In this document: positions 18,346 through 26,122 of the stretch, piece by piece | Position numbering within the stretch: position 1 is the first letter of the stretch | Layout of the letters: each line of letters starts with the position of its first letter | Assembly: GCA_044451945.1 (NCBI GenBank) | Contig: JBIOKR010000006.1 | Location: forward strand, 8,605-72,604 | From: Candidatus Lutacidiplasmatales archaeon | Lineage (GTDB): Archaea; Thermoplasmatota; Thermoplasmata; Lutacidiplasmatales; UBA184 | Reading direction: 5' to 3' | DNA length: 64,000 nt | Made by a program: the position numbers and the translations under genes | The notes under the pieces: generated by a model | What the model saw: only the letters and a program-made list of their open reading frames with translations | Database searches by the model: none | Told to the model about the DNA's origin: nothing

Positions 18346-18397
18346 GCGTTCGGGCGAGTGATGAGCCGGGCACGGAAGATTCATCTAACGTGAGGGA

Positions 18398-18976
18398 TTG
18401 AACTCGCTGGTTCGGACGGTCGGAGAGACACGCGTGGGGGCCCAGGGAAGCACGGAGAGGGTCGAAGAAGGACCCGCTTCCGCCAATCAGAAAGCGGTGG
18501 CGGCGCCCAAGCCGCTCGTCGTCGAGCGGTTGACCCACCAGGACGTCCCGAACATCTGCGCCCTCTACAAGCGCGTCTGGGACGCCTTCCGCCCGGAGCT
18601 CCCCTCCGACCTCATCAAGGCGTGGGAACCGACGCCGCTCGAGTTCACGAGCTGGATGGAGGGCGTCACCTACTTCGCCGCGCGGCGCGACGGCAAGATG
18701 GTCGGCGCCGTCGGGTGCGAGCTGAGCGAGGGCAGTTGCCGGATCGTCCATCTCGCGGTTGACCCGGATTCCCGCCGGCAGGGCGTCGCGCGGGCGCTGA
18801 CGACCGCCGCGCTCGAGTGGGCGCGGCACAACAACAGCCACTCCATCTGGGCCGACGCACTCGAGCGGTTCGGCGGCGCCGCGGAACTGTTCAAGCACCT
18901 GGGCTTCGCCGAGTGCGGAATCTTCCACAAGCACTACTGGAACGAGGACGTCCGACTTTTCGAGATGATGCTCTAG
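18398..18976 (+). CDS. GNAT-family N-acetyltransferase
   Basis: Acetyl-CoA-binding motif AVDPDSRRQGVARALTTAAL and a C-terminal ...LGFAECG typical of GNATs. TTG start; exact start uncertain. Confidence 0.75.
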   Translation: MNSLVRTVGETRVGAQGSTERVEEGPASANQKAVAAPKPLVVERLTHQDVPNICALYKRVWDAFRPELPSDLIKAWEPTPLEFTSWMEGVTYFAARRDGKMVGAVGCELSEGSCRIVHLAVDPDSRRQGVARALTTAALEWARHNNSHSIWADALERFGGAAELFKHLGFAECGIFHKHYWNEDVRLFEMML

Positions 18977-18990
18977 GCGCTCAGCGCCGA

Positions 18991-19965
18991 CTAGCCCGAG
19001 CGGGTCCGCACGCTGCGCGTGCCCACGGGGCCGCCGTGAACCTGGGCGAGCAGGCGCAGGCGTCGAAGAGCCTCTTCCGGCCGCCCGCGCGCGAACTCAC
19101 GGGCCCCCCGGGCGAGTTCGGCGACCTCGAGGTCGACCGGCGTGCCGTCCGATCGCTCCCGCACCAGCGCCTCGCCGTAGCGCGCGATGTAGTCGGGGAG
19201 ATCCCGCTTGAGCTGACCGAGCGCCTGCTGGCGGGTCGCCCTAAGCTGCTGCTTGAGCGCCGCGAGCCGGCCGCCTCGTAGTTCGCGCTCGAGCTCCTGG
19301 GAGACCTCCTCGGGAGGCGAGGGCAGGCGAAGGCCGAGGGACTCCATGTCGCGCAACAAGGAGATCAGCTTCTCGAGCTCCTCTCGGGCCTGGTCGAGGT
19401 GGCGCTCCTTGAGGGCAACGACGCGGTCGACCTGCTGGTAGGTGGCGAGCGCGGTCGTGACGTCGCCGGCGCGCGCGGCGTGAAGGACGTCGTCCATCTG
19501 CTCGTGCTCGAGCCGTCCGTCCACGCTGTACGCCTCGAGGCGAGATAGTCGCGTCCGGGTCTGCCGCTCCCACTCCTCGAGGGCTTGGACGATCTTGCGC
19601 TGCGCGATCCGTTCGACGCCGCGGACCACCTCGGCCCATTGGTCGCCGGCACCGCTCGCGGCGGACGATGCCTCGGCCCACGACGGGAGGGCGGGCAGCG
19701 AGACCGAGAGCGGAATAGCGGCCTCCGCCCACTGTTGAAGTCGCCCCAGCCGTCGCGTAAGCTCGCTGGCGGACGGCGGCCCGTCGCCCTCCGGGCCCAA
19801 CTCCCGCAAGGAGCTGCCCGATTCGGTGGCGTCCGGCGACGCCGACGCGTCGGGCCGCTCGGGGGTCTCGGGCGCTCCGATGGGGAGCGAACAGGACGGG
19901 CAGTTGAGCGCGTCCGGCGGCACTTCCGAGCCGCAGCGCGGGCAGATCGAAGGTTCACCGGACAC
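18991..19965 (-). CDS. zinc-ribbon protein with long helical/coiled-coil body
   Basis: 324 aa. N-terminal CPRCG...CPSC ribbon, disordered P/S/A/E linker, then about 230 aa of predicted helices rich in E/R/L/Q. GTG start. No family recognised. Confidence 0.6.
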   Translation of the reverse strand: MSGEPSICPRCGSEVPPDALNCPSCSLPIGAPETPERPDASASPDATESGSSLRELGPEGDGPPSASELTRRLGRLQQWAEAAIPLSVSLPALPSWAEASSAASGAGDQWAEVVRGVERIAQRKIVQALEEWERQTRTRLSRLEAYSVDGRLEHEQMDDVLHAARAGDVTTALATYQQVDRVVALKERHLDQAREELEKLISLLRDMESLGLRLPSPPEEVSQELERELRGGRLAALKQQLRATRQQALGQLKRDLPDYIARYGEALVRERSDGTPVDLEVAELARGAREFARGRPEEALRRLRLLAQVHGGPVGTRSVRTRSG

Positions 19966-19986
19966 GGCTTCTCCGGTCGGCGAAGA

Positions 19987-20071
19987 TGCAGGGGGTGAGA
20001 TTTGAACTCACGAACTCCTACGAGACCAGGACCTCAACCTGGCGCCTTTGACCAAGCTGGGCCACCCCTGC
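19987..20071 (-). tRNA. tRNA-Leu (anticodon GAG), class II with long variable arm
   Basis: Reverse complement reads GCAGGGGTGGCCCAGCTTGGTCAAAGGCGCCAGGTTGAGGTCCTGGTCTCGTAGGAGTTCGTGAGTTCAAATCTCACCCCCTGCA. Anticodon stem CCAGG/CCTGG with loop TTGAGGT, variable arm TCTCGTAGGAGTTC, T-arm GTGAG-TTCAAAT-CTCAC. Confidence 0.9.
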
Positions 20072-20260
20072 GGCTCGGCGGTCGTACGGCTCCTCCGCCA
20101 TAACCTTTACCCGCATCACGCCGGCCCCGAGGGAGTCTTGGCCGCCGGAGGGGACGACCGGAGGAAAAACCTACCCTCTTGGTCCCGCATCCGCCGGTCG
20201 CGTTCCCTCGCGGGCCGCGGGACGAAAACGCCTTGACCCGTCATCGTATCGAAGCAGGGC

Positions 20261-20620
20261 ATGAGCGAACCAACTACCGGCGCGGCCGTCTCCGGCGGCC
20301 TCGTCGTCTACATCGGCACCAAGCCGACGATGACCTACGTCTTCCAGGTCGTCGCGCAGCTCAACAGCGGCGCCGGCCCGGTGCTGGTGAAAGCGCGCGG
20401 GAACGTCATCGGCAAGGCCGTCGATATCGCCGAGGTCGTGCGCCGGCGCTTCCTTCCCGGCCAGGTCGACCTGGGAGAGATCCGGATCGACACGGAGCGG
20501 CTCGTGAACCGCGACGGACGGGAGACGAACGTCTCCTCGATCACCATCCCCCTCGTCAGGAACGGGGCGCCGCCGCCGCCGGCGGCGGTGGGGGCGGCGG
20601 GCTCTCTGCCGGCCCGGTAG
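20261..20620 (+). CDS. albA: DNA/RNA-binding protein Alba
   Basis: VYIGTKPTMTYVFQVVAQL...VLVKARGNVIGKAVDIAEVVRRRF...VSSITIPL matches the Alba/Sso10b core. Carries an extra Pro/Ala-rich C-terminal tail. Confidence 0.88.
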   Translation: MSEPTTGAAVSGGLVVYIGTKPTMTYVFQVVAQLNSGAGPVLVKARGNVIGKAVDIAEVVRRRFLPGQVDLGEIRIDTERLVNRDGRETNVSSITIPLVRNGAPPPPAAVGAAGSLPAR

Positions 20621-22466
20621 GCCGGTCGTCCACCACCCACGTCCCGGCGAGGTAGTCCCCGAGGCGCTGCCGCTCGGCCGTCGCCTGGATGAGCCCCCCG
20701 CTCACGAGCGCGCAGCAGACGAGCGCGAGGACGACCAGGACGGCGATTGCCGCCAGGGTGATCGCTCCGGCGCTGAGGGTGAGCGAGCCATTGGCGGGAC
20801 TGAACTCGGCGACCGATAGGCCGCGACTGAGGATCAGCGAGGCGACGGCCCCGGCGCCACCGAGCACCGTGAGGGGGAGCAGCTTCGGGAGCTCTCGCAC
20901 CAGCACGCGCAGGAGACCGGGCTCGCCGAGAGATCGGTCGCGTACGGCGATCTTGATGAGCGACTTTCCCAGCGTGGTGCCGAAGGCGCTCTGGACGATG
21001 ACGAAGTAGAGAAAGGCGCCGGCCGCGTAGGCGAAGATCGATGTGTAGTACGGAACGCTCGAGAGCACCTGCGTCGAGGTGCCGGGGAGCGTCCGGGCGA
21101 GGTAGACCCACATAAGGAACGCCGGGCAGCTCACGACGAGAAGATCGAGGGCGAAGGCGAGGGAGCGGCGGGTGAACGACGAGAACCGGCGCTGTGCCAC
21201 CTCGCTCGCGATCTGGACCTGGAATCGGGCGGTGAGGAAGGCGCGGGCGGTATCCCTCTCGTTCGCGGTGGGGTGCGCCCCGAGCGCTTCGAGGTTGCGA
21301 AGATCGTTCGCCACGTACGGAGCGACCCCGAGCCCCTCCCAACGGTTCGCGGGAGCCGAGGCGCGAGCGGGCAGGGTGAGGAGCGCGGCCTGATCGATCC
21401 CATCGCGGGCGGCCGACAACGATTCCCGGACGCTGTCGCTCGCCCGGTCCTCGAGCGCCAAGCCGAGGGCGCGGCGCAATCGGCCCCCGGGGGAAGGGCT
21501 GGGTGGCGACGGTTCCCGGATCGGGGGGTGGTGGGGAGCCCCCGTGGCCGTGAACCGGTAGGTGACGTACGAGCTTGCGAGGGCGAGCAAACCGGTGAGA
21601 TAGAGCAGGTCGAGAGGGCCGGCGCCGCCGATGGCTAGGAGGGCGGCGGGACCCCCGGCATAGAGCGGCGGCTGCCTCAGGAGGTCCGCCCCGATGAGGA
21701 CGCCGAGCGTCGCCGCCGCGTAGGCGATAGGGAGCCCGACTCTCGCGTCGAGCCGTAAGAGACGGTTCGCCACGAGTGGCGCCGCGACGCCCACCCCAAC
21801 GGGAGCGATGAGATAGTACGGGAACTCGGAGCTGATTCCCTGCCCCTCAACCGCCGCCGTCGTGAGGAAGGTGACCAGTAGGACGGCCATGGTGAGGGAG
21901 AGCAGGGCGCCAACGATGCGTCGGGTCCTTGAGAGCTGTGAAGCCGTACTCACGAGCCCGGCACCTAGGAAAATGAGCACCGGTACCGCGACGCAGATTC
22001 CTAGGGCGAGGTAGAAGCGGTCCGAGAGCTGCAGAAACAGCGGCCCGGCGAGGCCGCTGCGCAAGACCACGTCGAGCCCTCCGGGCAGGCTGGGGGTGAG
22101 CACGACCAAGGCCAGGAGTGACGCGCACACCGCCGCGTAGACCGAGAGAAAGCCAGCGAGCGCTGCGGTGGAGGGGAGCACGTTCCGGCGCACCAGGAAG
22201 AGGGAGAGGAGGACGGGTACCGCGCCGCCGCCAATGTTCACGGCCAGAATGTCGGCGTGGTAGCTGAAGATCGGAAGGTTCCCGATGGATCCCACGAACG
22301 CCCCCGGAAGGAGGAGCCAGAACGTGAGCCGGCCGATCCCTACGCTCCTCGCGAGGGCGGAGTCTTCCCAGGCGAACAGATACAGGAAGAGCCAGAGCAG
22401 CGGCGGCAGCGCGACGGCCGCCACCGATTGTAGGATGTCGTCCGTAAGGACCGACGGGTCGACCAA
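20556..22466 (-). CDS. polytopic membrane protein: DUF1614-like N-terminal module fused to a C-terminal RDD domain
   Basis: 636 aa. The N-terminal about 330 aa have multiple TM helices with ILAVNIGGGAVPVLLSL and VLIGADLLRQ motifs (DUF1614-like, from memory). Then a soluble linker and an RDD-type 3-TM module (AFALDLLVVS...GTTLGKSLIKIAVRDR). PPPPPPPAAAAP tail. TTG start. Confidence 0.7.
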   Translation of the reverse strand: MVDPSVLTDDILQSVAAVALPPLLWLFLYLFAWEDSALARSVGIGRLTFWLLLPGAFVGSIGNLPIFSYHADILAVNIGGGAVPVLLSLFLVRRNVLPSTAALAGFLSVYAAVCASLLALVVLTPSLPGGLDVVLRSGLAGPLFLQLSDRFYLALGICVAVPVLIFLGAGLVSTASQLSRTRRIVGALLSLTMAVLLVTFLTTAAVEGQGISSEFPYYLIAPVGVGVAAPLVANRLLRLDARVGLPIAYAAATLGVLIGADLLRQPPLYAGGPAALLAIGGAGPLDLLYLTGLLALASSYVTYRFTATGAPHHPPIREPSPPSPSPGGRLRRALGLALEDRASDSVRESLSAARDGIDQAALLTLPARASAPANRWEGLGVAPYVANDLRNLEALGAHPTANERDTARAFLTARFQVQIASEVAQRRFSSFTRRSLAFALDLLVVSCPAFLMWVYLARTLPGTSTQVLSSVPYYTSIFAYAAGAFLYFVIVQSAFGTTLGKSLIKIAVRDRSLGEPGLLRVLVRELPKLLPLTVLGGAGAVASLILSRGLSVAEFSPANGSLTLSAGAITLAAIAVLVVLALVCCALVSGGLIQATAERQRLGDYLAGTWVVDDRPTGPAESPPPPPPPAAAAPRS

Positions 22467-22981
22467 CCGCGCTCTCCTCGACGGGCCTCCCGGCTGCGAC
22501 GACGACCGGGGGGGCCCGTGGCTCGAATCCTAACGGCCTTCCTAAAGGATTCCCATTCAGGGCCCCGGCCGCTCCCGCTACAACTCCCCCCTCTTGGACC
22601 CCCGTCCTCGACCGACGGACCGAAACGAACGGCGTTCGTCTCCGCGCCGCAGGTCGTCTCGGGCCCGGATGAATCGACCGTCACGGCCCGGGGTCGTCCA
22701 TCCCATCCTGAGTGCGCGCGGGCGAAGCGGAGGGCGAAATCCCCTCATTTCCCGCGAATATACCGGGGGCGCCTCCTTCGACAAGCCGGTCGTCGTTCTC
22801 GGCGGTGGCCCCGACGGCCTCTCGCCTCCCCACCGCGGAAATTAGGCACAATGCCCCGGAAACCCCTGGGATGAACGATGGGAGGGATCGGCGAAAACCG
22901 ACGTTTATCTACGTTCAGTTCGCTGGGCCCCCGCCTGCGGTTCCATCACGAAGGTGGTCCTTCGGGCCAAGGAGGAGAGCA

Positions 22982-23986
22982 ATGGAAAGGGAGAGGGAGA
23001 GAGCGCGAGGAACGTATCGAGTAGGGCGCGCCGGAGCCTGGGCTGCAGGGTCCGGCGCCGTTGCGGTCGCGTTGCTGATGGTGTTGTCGCCGGCCGCCGT
23101 CGGCGCTCGGCCCGGCACCACGTATCTGCCGCCGTACGCGGGGACGAGCTCGAGCGTATCGCAGTCGCTCAGCTCGAACTGCGGGTCCGCGGGAGGGCAC
23201 GCGGCCCACTGGAAGTCGACCAACGGCCAAGTCATCGGGGCCTCGAAGGTCGCCATCCACTCCTGCCCATGGTGGTTCGGGCAGCCGGGCGCGAGCTCTC
23301 AACACTCGGTGATCGTCGCGATCCCGGTGCACCCGAGCTTGATCAGCCTTTACAACGTGAGCGAGAGCTGGAGCTGGAAGGTCGTGACAGCGATGGCGCT
23401 GTCGTCCCCCAGCAGCTGCCACGCGGCGATCAACTACACGAGCGGGTACGATTACGAGGATTGCTACTGGTACGCCGACTGGTATGCCTACGCCCAATCG
23501 ACGCTCTGGGACACGAGCACCAACACGATGGTGAGCACCACCTACAACGAGTGGGCCCTCGAGAACTACACGGAGAACTACGTCGACAACTACTGCTACT
23601 ACGGTACCTGCAGCAGCGGGTCGGGCTCCTTCAGCGGGTCGAGCGCGGGCAACTACGCGGCCCAAGGCACCGGTTACGACTACTCCTACACCTACCTGGG
23701 CTCCGGGACGACCACCGGAACGGCGAGCCTCTGGACGAACACGTCGAACTACTACGTGAACAACACGCTGACTCCGACCCACAAGTACGCGTTGATCACG
23801 ACGTGGGTGTTCGAGGCGTACGCCTACTTCTACGCCTACCAGTACGCCTTCGACGGGACCAACTACTACTACAACAGCTACGCCGCGCCGGGCCCGGCCA
23901 CGGCGAGCGCCTCGGTCGCCGCGTTGCCGTCGTCGGGCACATCCGGCGGGATTACCGTGACCTCGGTCGTCCTGACAGCGGTCTAA
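22982..23986 (+). CDS. secreted tyrosine-rich, sequon-rich protein
   Basis: ATG 22982 is preceded by AAGGAGGAGAGCA (SD-like). Signal/anchor RAGAWAAGSGAVAVALLMVLSPAAVGA. 34 Tyr in 334 aa by my count (for example EAYAYFYAYQYAFDGTNYYYNSY) and several N-x-S/T sites. The upstream part of the tracked ORF (from 22712) looks non-coding. Confidence 0.65.
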   Translation: MERERERARGTYRVGRAGAWAAGSGAVAVALLMVLSPAAVGARPGTTYLPPYAGTSSSVSQSLSSNCGSAGGHAAHWKSTNGQVIGASKVAIHSCPWWFGQPGASSQHSVIVAIPVHPSLISLYNVSESWSWKVVTAMALSSPSSCHAAINYTSGYDYEDCYWYADWYAYAQSTLWDTSTNTMVSTTYNEWALENYTENYVDNYCYYGTCSSGSGSFSGSSAGNYAAQGTGYDYSYTYLGSGTTTGTASLWTNTSNYYVNNTLTPTHKYALITTWVFEAYAYFYAYQYAFDGTNYYYNSYAAPGPATASASVAALPSSGTSGGITVTSVVLTAV

Positions 23987-24017
23987 GAAAGACGCTGGTC
24001 AGCGACGGACCACGGCT

Positions 24018-24037
24018 CCTCCCGCGCGAGCGGGAGG
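24018..24037 (+). other. stable stem-loop (8-bp stem, GCGA tetraloop) downstream of the Tyr-rich gene
   Basis: CCTCCCGC-GCGA-GCGGGAGG, starting 32 nt after the stop at 23986. Possible 3'-end or terminator structure; no T-tract follows. Confidence 0.3.
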
Positions 24038-24326
24038 GGCTCAACCCTTTCCGCTTGACCCGTCGTCGGACGGGCCCTGGTCCGGGCCCAACGCCGGCCT
24101 CGAGCCTCCTCGTTGAGGTCTCTAGAAGCGGGAGGGTGCACGATCACGTGCCAACGGGGCCTGGTCCGGGCGGCGTGACCCGACCCCGAGCCGCTCGGAC
24201 ATCGCGGCGGAACTCTGCGCCAGGCACAGTGCAGAGCTTGAGCCCCGACCGCTCCTACGTCAGGTTCGAGAAGGTCGTGGGTTCGACCGGAGCGCCGACC
24301 CCACCGCGCGGGCGCCTCCAGGCCCC

Positions 24327-25643
24327 TTACGGGAAAGACTCGGGGATCGTGCCCGAGTACGACCCGACGCCGTGGATCGCCAGCTCGTAGCCCTGACCGA
24401 CAAACGAGCTACCGTCGGTGAGGTGCCATGCGTCGCCACTGCTTACGGAGCCGGAGGCACCGGTGGTGCTGCACGGGAAAGTGGCCGGCGTTCCCCAGGA
24501 CGCCATGACGAACGTGTACGTCGCGACTTCGCAGCCGGTGACGGCGACCGCAGTCAGCGTCTGGGGTCCGGAGGAGCCGGTGACCGGGGCGCCGCCCGCC
24601 GTCTCGACTTGGAGTTGCAGGTCGCCGTACTTGAGGCCCGCGGTCGCTGACTCGACGAACATCGTGTAGTTGTTGCCGGAGGCGGTGACGCTTCCTACCG
24701 CCAGCGCCGTGCCGATCGGAGTTGAGACGGCCGGTGAGCGGAACCCGACGGAGAAGCTGCAGTTCTGGACCGACGTTTGGGAGGAAACGACCGCCCCGGT
24801 CACCGCATCGATAGTCGCGTTGAAGGCGGGGGCCGAGGTGTTCGAGCTCGAGATCCCCTTGCAGGCGGTGTAGAGGATCGCCCACCGGGGGTTCTGTACC
24901 GAGACCCCGGCGAACGAGACGCCGCTCTCGACCAGCATCGCCACCGTCGCGTCCGTGTGGCCCTGGAGGAATGCCGACCCCCCGGCGGCGTTCGCGCTCG
25001 CGACCGCCTGGGTCGAGTCGACGGTCGAAGAGGAGAGCGTCCCGAGATACCCCACGTAGAGGGAGTACGTCGCGCAGGCGCTGCCGCTTGACCCGGTCAG
25101 AATCGCGAACGGCAGTGCGGTCCCGCCCGAGACCGTGACGATGAGGATCCCCCCGGTCGAGTTCCGGTAGGCGAATCCCCAGAACGGGGCTGTCCCCCCG
25201 CTGACCGAGCCGGTCGTCGCCGGGATCGATACACTGCTGCCGCTGGTGACCGGGGCGAGAGCGCAGCCGGCCGACAGGTTTCTACCGGTAAACGGCGCGG
25301 TGTACCCGTATGGGCTCGCAAAGCCCGCGGCCCCGACCAGCGACCAGCCGCCCCCACCGAACGAGTTCGCGGCCCGGTCGGCGCCGGCGCGCGCCTGCGA
25401 GAACGACGCGATACTCGGGATCGACGGCGCCGGTCGGGAGAACGGGCCGACCCCCGCTGCCCAGAGTGCGAAGAGCACGAGGAGGGCGACAATCACGATC
25501 GCACCGACACCGACGAGCATCGCCTTCCGCCGCGAGATCGAGACGGAGCCGCGGGGCGCCGGCGCCGGGGCGCCGGGAGCGGAGGCTGGCATCAGCGCTG
25601 GCGGGGGAGTCGGACTTGCTCCGGCTGCTTGTTCGGGCATCAT
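24327..25643 (-). CDS. membrane-anchored or secreted Ser/Thr/Gly/Ala-rich surface protein
   Basis: 438 aa. Pro/Ala-rich N-terminus, RRKAMLVGVGAIVIVALLVLFALWAAGV anchor/signal, then S/T/G/A-rich beta-type sequence with multiple N-x-S/T sequons and scattered Cys. Confidence 0.65.
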   Translation of the reverse strand: MMPEQAAGASPTPPPALMPASAPGAPAPAPRGSVSISRRKAMLVGVGAIVIVALLVLFALWAAGVGPFSRPAPSIPSIASFSQARAGADRAANSFGGGGWSLVGAAGFASPYGYTAPFTGRNLSAGCALAPVTSGSSVSIPATTGSVSGGTAPFWGFAYRNSTGGILIVTVSGGTALPFAILTGSSGSACATYSLYVGYLGTLSSSTVDSTQAVASANAAGGSAFLQGHTDATVAMLVESGVSFAGVSVQNPRWAILYTACKGISSSNTSAPAFNATIDAVTGAVVSSQTSVQNCSFSVGFRSPAVSTPIGTALAVGSVTASGNNYTMFVESATAGLKYGDLQLQVETAGGAPVTGSSGPQTLTAVAVTGCEVATYTFVMASWGTPATFPCSTTGASGSVSSGDAWHLTDGSSFVGQGYELAIHGVGSYSGTIPESFP

Positions 25644-26122
25644 GGTCGCCCTCCCCTAGGGACGTGCCCCTCTTGGCGTCAGCGGGGGCCGCCGCCTACG
25701 GTTCGCCGCGGGGAGCGCCACTAATCGGTCGCTGGCGCCGCGACCCCCGCCGAACGGTTCGTCATCGGCCGCGAAACCCGCCAATACGAGGTGGCGGGCT
25801 CGGTCACCCCAGCCCGGGTTGGGTCGCTCGCCTCGCCTCGCAGGGGCACGACTATCCGTCCATCGCCGGGAAGATGCGTGCGGGGCATCGGAGGCCGCAA
25901 ACCTGGGAGGATGCGAGGGTGTGTTCCGGCCTTTCTCGCTTCGTACCGCGGAGCCCTAGCGGCGTCGTACGGAGGACAAGCGTCTCCCGGCGGAATCGAA
26001 ACGCCGCCGGCGGACAGCCGTAGGCAGCCGTCCATGGGCGACGACGGCTACCGCTTAGCGACGAAGAGTGTCCGTCTCAACACCCCAAACAGTTTTCTCT
26101 CGCCACGGGTCGTCGACGCCGC

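Noticed and set aside
24261-24290. Two GGTTCGA motifs (caGGTTCGAgaagg, gtGGGTTCGAccgg) resembling tRNA T-loops
   Set aside because: No complementary T-stem, acceptor stem or anticodon arm can be drawn on either strand.
22954-24390. 478-aa plus-strand ORF overlapping the Tyr-rich gene in another frame and running through the intergenic spacer
   Set aside because: The translation is Arg/Gly/Leu/Pro-rich and featureless. The alternative frame has a signal peptide, an SD-like site and protein-like beta-strand periodicity.
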